In this document: piece after piece, positions 25,801 to 39,069 of the stretch
How the letters are laid out: every line of letters begins with the position of its first letter
Numbering within the stretch: position 1 is the stretch's first letter
DNA from: Psammoneis japonica
Taxonomy: Eukaryota
NCBI GenBank assembly: GCA_008632985.1
Contig: QPGO01000004.1
Coordinates: forward strand, 248,001 to 312,000
Reading direction: 5' to 3'
DNA: 64,000 nucleotides
The notes under the pieces: model-generated
Databases searched by the model: none
Told to the model about the DNA's origin: nothing
Seen by the model: the letters and a program-made list of their open reading frames with translations, nothing else
Translations under genes and position numbers: made by a program

Positions 25801-27915
25801 CTCAGAGCTCCAATCTGTCAACACGCTGCGTCTCACAGAGCCAAGCATGCTCTTGAACCAATTGAGGAGACAGTGTGCCAAGATGACCTGCAAGAAGTGA
25901 TCAATCAAGGAAACCACAAGTCAGCAGTGCAGCCCCGTCAATCCTGAGAGAGAAACTCCATGACGAGATCCACAAATCACCCAAGGACAAGATCCCCATC
26001 TCCCCAATGCCCCAGTGGCTCCACTGGGAGTTGCAGAACCACAAGACATGATCAATGAACAAGGGGAAGCAGCACCATCCAAATGCATCACCCATGTTCA
26101 ATCTTTCAAAATTCTGTTCAGGGACTTCAGTGAACTCCAGAGTCATCTCAGAAGAACTCACCCCCTGTGTGTGTGGAAACATGTTTCATCAACTGATCCA
26201 CCACATTGCATCAGCATGCCTGGTCACCCACAACCCAGTCCTGATCCAGAAGATTGATTGCAAGTCAGCCTGCCATTGTGGGGCCACCCAAACAGCAACT
26301 CTGCCATCCAGTCAATTGTCACTTTTTAGATGATCCACCTTTGGAGGCAAGCCAAACCCAAACTGGTGGGATGACATCTCCAAATCTGTTTGCAACCTGT
26401 TCAATGACATCCTCCAATGCAAGTCCTGGGATCCATTCACTTTGCAAAACCCAGCTCAAGACCACCTCCCTTCTCCTTTCTGTGAAAGCAATGATGCGCC
26501 ATTTGCTCCAGCTCTCAAACTTGCAGTCAAAATCCCACCCAACAACAATGGCATCATTGACGTCTGCACAGATGACACAGTCACACCTGACCCAAATGAC
26601 AACATCAAATGAGGAGAAGCCACAGCACTGTTGGGGATTCACACACCATCAGTCGACCAGCTCACCCCAAAGAATGCCCAACATGAGATGATCTCACCTG
26701 CCTGAAGAAACTCTGTGCCAAAGGACAACTTGAAGAACTCGAGACAGTGCTTGGCTGCTCACTGGACACCCGTTGCATGAGCATCTCTCTGCCAGAACAT
26801 AAATTCATTGTTTGGTCCAACCAACTCTGATCTCTCATTGAGAAAGGAGGGTGCTCTTTCAAAGAAATCGAGCAACTTGTCAGCAGGCTCAACCATCCAG
26901 GATGCATCATCCCACATGCTCACCATCATCCAAGCCAGCTCCATTGACTTGTGATGCACTCCAAGAACAGGAGATGGTGCAAGTTACAACCATTGGGATC
27001 AAAGATGTGAAGCTCTGGACAAGATTTCTCAAACAAGCTCAAAACAGCACCAGCACAATCCTCATCCCTTGCCGCAAGCCAACACATGTCTGTTGATCTG
27101 ATGCATCATTGGAACATGGCATTGGCGGCTGCACCATTGTGTCTGGGTGGGCTTTCCAATTTGAACTCCCACAACACCTGGTGCATGGCCTTGTGCCAAA
27201 CACCAAGGAATTCACATCCAGCATCGTGTGTCCATGGATCAACTCCTTTGAAGGCAATCTGTCACAACCACTTTCATGTGTCCTCTCCCAAGGTGACTGA
27301 CAGCACCACAGCCTCTGGCTGGCTGTGGAAATCCAACTTCTACAAAGATTCTGACCCAGAGCAAATTGAGATTGCCCATCAATTTGCATCTGTCATGCTT
27401 GATGCTGAAAGTCAATTCTTTTGCCAATGGTTCCCTGGAAAGAAGAACATCATTGGCAATTGTCTGTCCCGAGACAGAAACTTGTCAGATGTCACACTCA
27501 CCCATTTGCTTTGCCATGTCACACACAAGCAGGTTCCTCAAAGTTTTCACATCTCTTGCCCCTGCCCAACAAAATTGTTTCTTGGCTGACCTCCTTGATG
27601 CTGAAGATGCTCATCAACAAGCAAATGCGCCAAAGAAACCAACAAGAAGTGAGACACAGCTTTCACCCACTGGGAGAAGTTTCTTTGTGAGATTGGACTT
27701 AGGAGATGACCCATTCATGGACAAGCTCACTGTCACCCAATGACGCCGCACTCTTGGAGCCTTTGCAGCAGCCATGTGAGAGGGATGCTTCTCAGCAGAA
27801 CAATTTGACACACTGGTGACAGGGACCATTGGAGCTGCCATGGATGATGTGGCATCAACCTTCAGGTCTTACAACAGGAAGGACCCAAGGTTGGATGAGG
27901 ACGGATGAACCTCGC

Positions 27916-27997
27916 ACCATTGGGTTTTAATGTCAGACTGTTCACATTCAAGATTGGAACCTGTGACCTGTGGTGAAGACTTGGTTCAATGGGTCAT
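27916..27997 (+). repeat. Split direct repeat B1 (probably 5'-truncated)
   Basis: 82-bp ungapped match to 28300-28381. Confidence 0.9.
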
Positions 27998-27999
27998 TG

Positions 28000-28208
28000 T
28001 TTGTTGGTCCTCAGAGTCAGAGCGGTGAGTGCATGTGGTGCACAAATTTGGACGGAAGGACAACCAGATGGATTTGTCAATTCTTTCGGCTGTGCACATG
28101 ACATTTGGTGAATTCTCATTTCCCAATGACTTTGGAAGTTGTTGACGACACTGTGACAATCATTGTCATGCACCACAAGCTCTGTCGAGTTGTCCCAGTC
28201 TTTTAAAA
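28000..28208 (+). repeat. Split direct repeat A2
   Basis: Copy of 22637-22868. Confidence 0.9.
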
Positions 28209-28299
28209 AATTCCCCAAACCCACCTCACATCAACTGTGGCAACACTGTCAGGTCACTGGGGGATTGTTCATGTTGGGAATGAAAATTTCCCAGGCCAA

Positions 28300-28381
28300 A
28301 CCATTGGGTTTTAACATCAGACCACTTGCATTCAAGATTGGGGTCCATGACCTGTGGTGAAAACTTGGTTTGATGGGTCAT
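28300..28381 (+). repeat. Split direct repeat B2
   Basis: Copy of 27916-27997. Confidence 0.9.
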
Positions 28382-28900
28382 CAAAACAAAGCAAAACAGA
28401 TGATGACATGGATGACTCCATCAACACATCAACCACCACCATGTGAAAGTTGCTTCATTTTGCATTTGAATCTGATCAGTTTGACAACATCCTGTTGATG
28501 GATTGTTTTGGGAAGACCAAAAAAAGCAGACAAGGAATCAGGCAAACCATGCAAGGCTTTCCTAAAAGCAATCCAAGAATCAGAACTGAGCCAGCAAAAA
28601 TTCGAAATGTGGAACAAATTGAAGCTTTGCAACGGTGAGAATGCATGCATGCCTGTTTGCAACACCACTCCAAGGGAGGGAGCCTGGCATGATTGGGCTG
28701 CAGTCAACTTTGACATGGATGACAGCTCCAATGACACATGCCTTGCAAGAGTCATCGGCATTTGCCGGGATGCAACAGGCGCACTGCTGCAAAGGCCATT
28801 GTTCATTCTGTTGATTGCAATCTGGTGACCGCGTGCGAGTCAACCTGTGGAGATGCCAGGCTGTTCACATGTTGCTGACAACAATTTCAGAGCAACGGCC
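28382..28900 (+). mobile_element. Plavaka-type transposase C-terminal part, resuming after the nested retroelement
   Basis: EGAWHDWAAVNF...CLARVIG resembles the WYDW motif at the C-terminus of this family. Confidence 0.55.
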
Positions 28901-29079
28901 TGCTGAAGATGTGCCATGTTCCCACATCCTGCATCAAGAGGGGTCTCCTTGTTTTTCAAACAAAACATCATGCAGACCCAGAGCCCCCCGCTGGATTTTG
29001 TTGCCCAACCATCGGAAACAGCACACCATGCATCATGGCAGTGCAACCCAGAATTGAGCAGCAGAGATGTTCGTCAAGT

Positions 29080-30080
29080 GGACGCAAGACATGATGGCAC
29101 AGGAGGAAGCAGAGTCTGACCATGTGAACAAGTGCAGCTTTCAGGCAGGGACCAGGTTGCTCCTGCAGAACATGCAAAGAACTGCAGGTTGGACAAGCAG
29201 CTGTGCAATCTAACAGCATCAATCAGCAGAGGTGACATGTCTTTGCATCTTACATCTTTCTCTGATGAGCATGAACCGGGTGGCCTGAGTGCATTGTGTT
29301 TTCCTTGGATGACGATTGGCAACCAATTGCCAATGATTTCCATCCATCGGGATGGACATGGGGATGGCAACAACACTCCTTTCCAATGAAATTGTGGATT
29401 CCTTGGGCACAATTGGCAGCAAGTTGTCAATGACATCCAGCTGGTTGTGCATTTCCAGAAATGCCCAGGCCCCTCAAAAGTTGCCACACATCAACTGTTT
29501 TGCCAAAAAATGGGAGCCTTTGCAAGTCACGTGCAGATCACTTCTTGCACGCAGCAATCCATTCTTTTGCAGCAGCTTCCTGTCTGCCTTTGCAATGTCG
29601 ACAATGTTGAATGAGCCTCTGCTTTGAAAGCAAATGGATCTGTCCTCTCCTCCAACATCAATCATGTGTCTTTGACATCAAGCTCCATGTGCCATCCCTC
29701 CACTTTCTCAAACAAGTGGGAGTTGATGAAACAGACAACAAGTCATGATGGCTTGGTGTGCGTTGGGAAAATTGCCCCAAACATGGCTTCCCAGTTGGTC
29801 TGCGAGTCCAATGCAGTGACTGCACATTTGTCGGTGGTTCTGTCCAACACATTGACAATTGATGCAGTTTCCTCATGGGGCAAAGGAGCGTCAACTCCAT
29901 CTTCAGCAGTCCCAAAGATGCTGAGGTGTGACAAATGATGACGTTCTTTGCAGAAAAATGGCGGTGCCACTTGTCACTCTGCAGTTTTTGCCCCACCTCC
30001 ATCAGCTGGGCAAGAGTGCAATCCTCCTGCAAATCAGGAAACTGTGGAGGGAAATCCACGTCGTTTGACATGGAAGACCA
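29080..30080 (-). pseudogene. Possible decayed Ulp1-like (C48) peptidase passenger of a DNA transposon
   Basis: VVAIPMSIPMDGNHWQLVA resembles the C48 catalytic-His motif; SDSASSCAI is a possible Cys motif. Heavily frameshifted. Confidence 0.3.
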
Positions 30081-33000
30081 GAAGTTGCTTTGTTGTGGAG
30101 TGAGTTGAGCAAACAGCAAGTTGACAGAAAAACACTGATGCACAACAAAGGCCAACATCAATGCATGTCATTGCATGGAGAAGAATCAATGCCAATGCTG
30201 TCATCACAGTCTCTTTGGAACAATCATCAGTGGAGTTAACGGGCTCAACAGACTTGTCTTTAAGATGGGGCAGTGGAGGTGATGCAATTGGCCACACAGT
30301 TGCAAGGAAAAGGGGCCATGGAGGTTGTGCAAAGCTGTGCAACTTGCCCCCAGTCAACTCCAGAAAAATCAAAGTGAGCAAAAGTCACATGGCAAAATTG
30401 AAAGTGGAATGATTGCAAGAAATGCAAACTGTTTTTGACATGAGCAGATTCACTCAACGCACAACATGCATTCATGATTGCATTGCTGCTCTTGCTGCCA
30501 CTGCAGTGCATCATGCCAATGACCAACATGAACACATCGAATGCACGACTTGTGAACTGAGCATCAACAAAGAAAGAAAACATGCAATGCAGCAAGGGGA
30601 AATCCACAAACATGTGCTGGTCAGGTGCGTCAATTGTTGAACAAAAGTTGGAATGCTAAAAATTTCACTTTTGGGTCAGTGGGCAACAATCACATGAATG
30701 ACAAGCATCATGAACATGCACAAACAAACAAAAAAGGTGAGATTCCAACAAGTGGTCATGCAATTGAATCAGTGAGAGGTCCACTCAATGTGTTGAGCCG
30801 TGCAAACCAGTTCAGTGCAGGGGATGATGACCTGTGATTCATGCCACCTTTTTCACCTCTCTGATGAAGTGTCCTCCCCTGAAGCATCCTCACAGAGCAG
30901 AGTTTCAGATGGGGGACAGAGTTGGCATTCAGACAATGCAAGGATCTCTTTCTGTCCTTCAAAGAGGGTGTGCATGATGTGGTGTTGGTGCTCACTTGTG
31001 TTGGGATCACACCCAACTCAGGTTGACTTGGACCTTCTTCAGACTGTCTTTTTTTGTCCAAGGCTGCAGCTGGTTTGCAGCACATCACACCAGCAGCAAA
31101 CAACAACTGTTCAAAAATGATGGAGTTGGTTGCTTCCCTTCTCCTGCTGCCAAAGTGACTTCTTCTTCATTCATGGCTTCTTGACTTGACATGTGTTGAC
31201 AACAGCATGCATGACTGACATGGGCCAATTGAAACTTTCTGTCACCTTGCACCTCAACCTTCATGATGCTCCTGCTGCAACCCATTTCTTCTGGATGGCT
31301 TGTTGGAACCATTTGACCAAACAAGCTGTGCACAAGTTGATGACATGGAGCAACAACAAACTGAGCATGGAAAGATGAAGCAACAGATGGTGGAAAAGAC
31401 AGACAGACAGCAGAGATGGAGCACTCTCCACAATGGTTGTTGCGTGTTCCCTGTGTCATTTTAGCAGAAAATGAGTGGTGTGAGGTGCCTGAAGCAAATC
31501 TACACTGCACAGCGCTGATGCCTTGTGCAGCATGCATGCAGACAAAAGGTTGTTTTTGTCATGCCCTTTGTGACATTTAAAGGCTGTGACACGTCGCCGT
31601 GATGCATCAACTCTCATTGGCAGCTGTGTGTTGCACTTGGACCAACAAGAGTGTGAATTCTTCAATGATGCAGCTGGCTGGCTCTTTTGTGCTCCTCTCT
31701 GTGGTGCCACCTCATTGTCCAAAAAAACCATCACATCATCCACGGTTTTTTGCTTGTTGATTTTTGACACCTTTTGGTCAGAGAGTCTTTGCAACAACTG
31801 GGCCATCAGATGTGCTGCAAGAACAAGTGCAGCACATGTTGTTGTTCATGCAAAATGGTGAGTTGCTTTTGGACACCTTGCCGCTCATTTTTTTCATGGT
31901 CATCATGGTCACCCACATTTTTCATTTTTTCATCTACACACCACATGCTCTGCAGCACACTGTGGCAAGAAGTGGCAAAGATGCAAAAAATCTTTGTTGA
32001 CCACCACTTCTGGGCACATCTTGGCTGTTGCTTGGGCTTTGTCTTGGGTGGGTCATTTGCTTTGTCATGGATTCCACAAACTTGAGATGATCTGAATTGG
32101 GCAAGAATAAATCTGCCACCAGTGGCAGCCATGCTGGGTGTGAACCAGTGGCACACTCTGGCCAACGAAGGATCCAGTGTGCTTGATGTGCCACCAGTGG
32201 CAGCTGCATCACAAATGTGTGCCAGTGGTGCAACAGCTGAGGAGAAGGACAGAACCATTGCTGGAGTCAAAGCCCTGTTCTGGTTTTGGTGTGCACCCCA
32301 TTTCATGAACTGTGGGGAGTTTGAGAGGTTTGAAGACAAAGTCGTGCACTCCTCCAATGCTGCCAACCATCAACCAGAAATGCTGGAGAACACACCACAA
32401 AAAAGCAAAAAAAGCACTCAACGTGCACCTTGCTTCTTCAACAGACACCAGCTTGCCCAGTCTCAAAGCAACTCTCTCGCAACAAAACAGCAAGCCAAGC
32501 TTCACACAGAAACATCACATGCACCCAACAACAATGGTTTCAAAATGCAGCTGTGAGCACCAAATCTGCACATCATAAAAAAGTCAACTGAAAAACCGCA
32601 AACATGCTTGAAGAAACCAAAAGAAGCAAAGTGGCATTGCTGCTGTGGCTGAGACTCTTGCACGGCAGCAAAGCAGAGCAAAGGTTTTTGTTCTTGATGG
32701 CAGCCAAACAGCCACAAATGATTGAGCAAGTGCCTCTGCCTTTCTCAACATGCACATGATGCTCACAAACAGCCAAGACAGGAGGCAGAAGCAAAACCCA
32801 ACACCAGTGACAAACCCGCACTGTTCTCTGCCACAATCAACAAAAAATGCTGACACACAGAGGTGTGCTAGATTTGGAGCATTGTCACTCTTGTTTTGTT
32901 TTGTGTTGCAGTTGTGTTCAATGACAACATGGATGCCATGCTTCAAACACAGTTGTCATCAATGGCATGACTTGGTTGAAGAATGGCTCCTTTGCTTTGA

Positions 33001-34440
33001 GATGGCACAGGGATGATCATGTGAAAAGGTGGGCCAACATGCAAATGTGATGTGCTGGTTGAGTGAACAAGTGCTCTCTAAGATGACTTCCAAGCAAAGC
33101 TGCTGATTGTTGCCAGTGCCACAATTTCTTGGCCAAGACTTGTCACACAGGATGCTGGAGACATGTGGAGCTTTGTGCAAAAAAAAAACCAGCGTGAGAG
33201 GTGCAGAGACAAGAAATGAGGAGTCATGGGGGGCAACACACATCATGTGAGCCTTGTCAGAAAGCCCACCAACTCAGGTCCTCAGCAGCTGATGCACTTG
33301 TTGCATTGTGCAGGGAAAATGGCAAAGGGTGGGACACAACTTTGCAGCTGCGCAGCTGGCTGGGAGGCTGGTGCTGGGAGCTTTGGCTCAGAGGGGCATC
33401 AGATGCTGCTGGCTGTTTTGAGTGGAGCTGGCTGCTGCAAGAACAAGAAAGGTTTCAGGGGTGGGGTGCATCTTCAAAACTCGAACTCATCAAAAAGCAT
33501 TCTTGACAAAGGCTGCTTCACCGCCGCTTGGACAGCTTGGCAACATGGCCAGGTTCTGCTGTGCCATTTTTGCCAGCGGGAGTGGCCAGCAGAAGTTTGT
33601 GCACAAAGAAGCTCTTTTGTCATCATCATCATCAGCAGCAGCAGCCACTGGTGGCTGCTCTGCAAATGAGTGCGGCGCAAATCTGTTGAGAAAGAGTGGC
33701 ACGATTGCACAGGAAATCTGCCAAAGGCAAGACCTGGAGGTTCTTGGACCTGTGGATTGCCTGCCTCGGATTTTTGCAGTGCAGATTCAACATGTTTGAG
33801 CCTCCTGTGCTCCGGCAGAGATTTCACTCTTGCATGTTGCAACCCCGCTGCTCACTTCTGTGTGTTATGGAGACTTCAGAACAACTGCGTGTTTGAGCCT
33901 GCACTGCAGAGATTGCACTCTCGCCAGCTGCTCCTGCAAATGCCCATTCTGCGTTGTTGCCTGCGCGCCTCAGAATGAAGTACTGTACTGTAGCAATGCT
34001 GGTATCGTGTAATGTGACGATTATTTATGAATATGTATATTTTATGATGTGTTCAGAAATCCTTCTAAACGGCACTTAAGTGCAGAGCATGGTAATTAGT
34101 CTCAAGAGATTCCTTAGAGTTCTTATATCAGCATTGAGAGCTATTTGGTTTAACTGTTATTGAATACACTCAATTATGATTCCATATTCACCGTTGCGAT
34201 CGAAGAATTTAAAATAGGACCCTAAAATATGAATAACGGTGAATAAAAAGCTAACGTTGACCGGTATTTTGTATTTTACCATTCAAAACTGCGAAACAGA
34301 AACGACAGAGAAGTGTCACATTTTTTTTTTATGTATTGCGCCAGGAAAAGCGCCTTTTGTTCAGAAGTCGGTAGTCACAAGATTGAGAGCAAGGCTAAAG
34401 ATAAAGTACGCTATTGGTAAAGTAAAGGATCACTGTCATA

Positions 34441-37003
34441 ATGTTGCTGCATTTGCTATGCCTTGTTTCGGCGGTATCGGCGCTCTCCGACGAAACTTCG
34501 ACGAGGGAAGTTCCTTCCGAATTCGGAGGTCGTATCGAGAGGGTCATAGAGGTTACCGACTCAAATCTTGATAGTTCGATCTCTGTGCTTTCAAAGCGAT
34601 ACTTGAAACGGTGAGTCGAAGAAATGTGCTTGTTAGAGTTTTCGATTGAATGGTGATTCTCTCATAGTTTCTACCAATTCTGTTTATCTGCTTGAATACA
34701 ACAGACGAAGCAGGGCCTTTATTAGGTCGTCAAGTGATACGGACATAGAAGATAGTTCCGAACAGGACGTGCCCACACGATCTGAGCCAGAGCCGACTAC
34801 GCAATCGCCAACGCAGTTGAAGCCTAAAGCATCTGAAGCTTCGCCTTCACCGTCTCGCTCACCATCTCAAGCAACATCATTTCCTACGACACAGTCACCG
34901 TCTCGGTCGCCATCTCGGTCACCGCCTCTAGCAACATCATTTCCTACAACGCAGTCACCGACACAATTGACGTCTGAAACATCTGAACCTACACCTTCAC
35001 CTTCCACTTCTATTCCAGTAGCTTTTCCATCTTCGATTGGACAAGGGGACAATCCAAGCAGCAACGGAAGCGATACTTTTGAGTGCTTCGATGCTGCTGG
35101 AGTCGAAACTACACAGATACAGGTAGATTTTCGATACGCAGTTGCCATTGACTCGGAGGATAGAGATAATCTGCTATCTTTCATACAAGGTGTTGAAAGA
35201 GCTCTGCTCCAAACAATCGAATCAAATGGCATATGCTCGGGTCGGCGGATGACTGCAGAATTGCTTCATACTCGCCGTCTATTCGACCTGGTTGCTAGTG
35301 TTTCATCTCTTCCCAGGGATGAGCCAGTTGCAGGTGAGTAAAAATCTCCATTTTTTCTCATACAATTACTTCATTCTATTCCATTTGCTCATGTGCTTTC
35401 AACCTCGTACTAATTAGAATGTGGCAGCGGATGCACAGAGATTAGCGGACACATGACCATGCGTTCCTTAGGGGGTGGGAATGGGATCAATCTCCAATGC
35501 AACGTTGCCACTATGATCACAGATTATCTAGAAGGAATGGGGGGAGTTCAGTTTCTATCGTCAGATCCCCAATGCTCAAATATGGAGCCTACCCCGTCGC
35601 CCAAGTTGAACTCTACTCCATTTCCTACGACAAAGTTCACACCAAGCCCAACAGCTTCACCCACGACGATTGGTACATCCGTGCCCACGAGTCAAAGTTA
35701 CCCCGGAAGTAACACTGATGGAAGTCCATCATCCTCACCATCATTTTCTGATATTGCGGAGACCCTGGCTCCATCGAGCAAGGCAGACTTGTCCAAAACC
35801 ACGAGCACGGATTCTTTGGAGAAGGAATCCAAGTCCTTTCCCGTAGGAACTGCCACAGGAATTGCCATTGCCGGTGTACTTTTCATTCTGTTCGTCGCAA
35901 TCATGAGCTACAGGAGAAAATCGGGATCCGATAAATATTCTTCTTTTGATGGAAACAAGGTGGAAGACGAATCGCTGTCGATTCAAATCCAGCCGACAGA
36001 GACCTTACCGCCTGAGCGATGCGACCTTGACAGTCCACTACCTGAATTTTCGGACACTGATGAGTCAGAAGAGAATGGATTATCCAAAAGCACATGCGTA
36101 GAAGATGTGCCGTCAACTCCGGCAGTCGAAATCGCAAGAAATGTGTCTATCTCCGCCATGCATTCTCGCAGCTTCGAATCGACACCGTCTAAGTCACCCA
36201 TTGTTTTTGTACCGGTACCAAAAAAGATGAGTGATGACGAGCTGCTCGATACTTCAATCATAAGTTATGCATCTCGAAAGTCAGTATCTTTCTCCGAGAA
36301 GCTCAAGGAAACTCCAACTTCCAGAACTCCAAGTGGAAGCTACGCATCGCATCAGTCAGTATCTTCCTCCGAGAGGCTCAGGATAACTCCACCTTCTACC
36401 CAAAGTCCAACTGGAAGCTGCTATTCTCGTAAGTCTGTATCTTTCTCCGAGAGGCAGAAGGAGTCCCCTATTTCCTCAAGAAGTCCAAGTGTCAGTTACG
36501 CATCTCGTGAGCCAGTATCATCCTCCGAGAGGCTAAAGGAAACCCCTACTTCGAACGGAACTCCAGGTAGGACGGGACCCAGCCCAGCGAGCATTTTGAG
36601 AACATCGTCGTTTTCTCATTCACCTAGGTCACCTTGTGTTACTGAAGAAATCGTGTCTCCAAGTCCTTTGGCAAAAAGCATGGTGGAATACAGAGACCTT
36701 CCTTCAACAAAGCTTGTTACACCTTCAGCCAAGCTCAACAGGCCTTTAACGACTCCAAGAATGGATACAATTGAGGAGGACAAGTCGTTGTCTCGAGCAA
36801 AAAGCATGATCTCATCAGCGCACAAAGCATCAGCAAGTAAGGATACGATGCGTGGACGAAAAGATTACCAAAACGTCTACAGTCCATCCTTTCTACCAAC
36901 CACACCTGGCGCCTCACAAAAAAAATCGCCCCATCAGCCTTCGGACAAAGATGCCAAAGTTGACGTGACCTTTGCTGATATGTCTGTGAACTCATGCACT
37001 TGA
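34441..37003 (+). CDS. Single-pass membrane protein with signal peptide, S/T/P-rich stalks and long Ser-rich cytosolic tail; exons 34441-34610, 34705-35333, 35418-37003
   Basis: MLLHLLCLVSAVSA signal; two GT-AG introns (gtgagt donors) keep the frame; TM helix GIAIAGVLFILFVAIM followed by YRRK. Confidence 0.85.
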
Positions 37004-37405
37004 AGTGCAACGAGACGTACAGAAGCACAGAAGCGATAATAGAAAGTAACTAAGTCGAATCCTGAAGTGGAGTTGACGAAACTGGGTGGGAAGATATCAG
37101 ATAACTGGATACACAGAGGTTGCGGTACACTGAAAATGAATTCAGAGCAAAACTATATATATAAATTAGATTACACATAATAACAGCATACCCAGTAAAC
37201 ATTACTCCGGCCTTGCGGGGTTTTTCATTGAAGAGAAGTGATACACTAACGCTGCAACTACCACCACCTGCCTGAAGTCCAAATTGCGTTAGATCTCAAC
37301 TTGTAGCTTGTAGCCCCCCTCTAGAGCGAATAAGGAAGAGTCGTTCATACACGTAGAATGAACTCAGTTATGAATTTAACACGCAATCCCAAGCTGTTAG
37401 TGCAA

Positions 37406-37924
37406 TTACAAATACTTTCCAGCAACTGCCATAGTCACAAACTGGTAATAGAACGCTCTCCTTGTGTCTTCCTCCAACAGCGCTGGATCTTTCCTGTATT
37501 CGTTAAGTCGCCCTCTGTCGATCATCCCTTCCTCTTCCATTGACTTCAATGCTCGTTCAGGGCTTTCGAACAACTCATCCAACTGTTTTATTTCATGCAA
37601 TGTCTGTTTCAGCACTAACATTACTTCATCGCTATTCATTTCGTTGGACAACGTTGAAACTTCTTTTGCATTTTCCTTCTTCATTAACGCCACAAGCTTC
37701 AAAGTTTGTGGATCATTCTTCGCTTTGTTTAACAGCCCTGCAATATCTATTGCTTCCTGCTCAGACAAAAGGGACATCTCGTCTGATTCTCCAGAAGAAT
37801 GCGCCGCTACGAGGTCTTCGGGGCGAACATCGTTGTTACGTCGGAAGCCAAACTTGGCCTCTGACGGAAGTGCCGCCAACATTATGCTAAGAAAGCAAAT
37901 ATAGAGGGACGTACAGGAGACCAT
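37406..37924 (-). CDS. Unknown helical protein with N-terminal signal peptide (172 aa)
   Basis: ATG-initiated ORF with hydrophobic N-terminus and normal composition. Confidence 0.8.
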   Translation of the reverse strand: MVSCTSLYICFLSIMLAALPSEAKFGFRRNNDVRPEDLVAAHSSGESDEMSLLSEQEAIDIAGLLNKAKNDPQTLKLVALMKKENAKEVSTLSNEMNSDEVMLVLKQTLHEIKQLDELFESPERALKSMEEEGMIDRGRLNEYRKDPALLEEDTRRAFYYQFVTMAVAGKYL

Positions 37925-39069
37925 CTTCGCCGCTATATCTGTGAGGGCTAGGATTCACCGTCGGGTGTTTGTCTTTGTCTAATAGAATAGGTGCGGTCGC
38001 AACGTCACGACTGATGGCAAGCTTTGTGATTGAGGTTGTCGTCGAAGAGAATTGAAATTTTTGTGCGTTGTGAAAAAATGTGAAGACACGACGAAAAACG
38101 TGTCACACACGTTGAGAGAGTACCATCACAATAGTCGATACATACAATGTGGAATTTTTTAATTGACCATATCGATCTTAAGGTGGGAATAAACATAATA
38201 CGTAGTCCTAATAAACACATAATTGATAAAAATAAACTATGACCATAGTAAAATGCAGTGGGATGTCAAATCAAATTTTGAAAATTCAATTAACTTTAAA
38301 TAGTAATTAATACAATCATGAATGTTCCACGTCTGGCCCTTTCATAGTCCTTAATTTTAAAATATTCAGAGCTATTATTTTCATTAGACTCCGTCAAAGG
38401 CGGTCAGAAAACGACATTCACGATGATTCACGATATTTATACCGGTATATTCATAAAGTCGCAGTCCGATGGCCGATGGTCTCCAACATCCAAATCCAAA
38501 ACCACCAATACTGTAAACAGTTGCCTGCTGCCTGCTGCCTGCTGCCTGCTGTCTTCTGTCTTTTCCTTCCCATTTCTATGTTGTGGAAGCACGTTATTGT
38601 AACTATCCGCTTATTTGTCGTTTTAGCAAAATTTACTTGTTTTGTCGGGGGCCCCTCAATCGTACGGGTACCGTCGCGGCGATAGAAAATCTTTCATCCC
38701 GACACGACTGACATTGATGTTTGTGATTGAAGATATTTGTGAAACATGTCGTGCCTGACTGAGACACGTCTCAAAATTGCCAATACCCATCCAAGCTCAA
38801 CTATGAGATTTTTCTGCCCGGTCCCAGAACGATTGGCCATGTGTGTCGTTCTGCAACTCCTTACACGCCAACAGCGATTGTACGATACGAAAATCGACAA
38901 GGATTCACATGGGACTGAATTTGTATTTTCTTTGGTCAACGCTTCCATGAGTCATTCATCAAAAAATGAACTGTCAACAAAGCAGAGGGCGATCAACCAC
39001 CCTCACAAAAAGAGAAAAAAGAAAAAGCTTTGCCGACTCTTACCCTGCCCAAGATTACTTGAAAATTGA

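Larger units (their letters stand above)
22637..28381 (+). mobile_element. Tyrosine-recombinase retrotransposon (Ngaro/PAT-type) with split direct repeats; YR gene mostly deleted
   Basis: Gag-like region with CCCH finger (CERHHAKGRCATSCKHNH), RT (KIDCKSAC, TFGGKPNP, DVCTDDT, LKKLCAKGQL), DIRS-type RNase H (SDAS..GIGG, STTASGWL.KSNF, QWFPGKKN...CLSRD), YR N-terminus (LGAFAAA..EG.FS) cut at ~27915. Repeats arranged A1...B1-A2-B2. Confidence 0.85.
17930..33980. repeat. Decayed transposon island B, TpA- and CpG-depleted
   Basis: Same compositional signature; ends abruptly at ~33980 where TA-rich sequence (tactgtactgtag...ttatttat) resumes. Confidence 0.9.

Noticed and set aside
1..33980. Very many overlapping Cys/His-rich ORFs that look like novel metal-binding proteins
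   Set aside because: By-product of TpA loss: TAA/TAG stops are erased and Tyr/Arg codons become Cys/His/Gln, opening all six frames.
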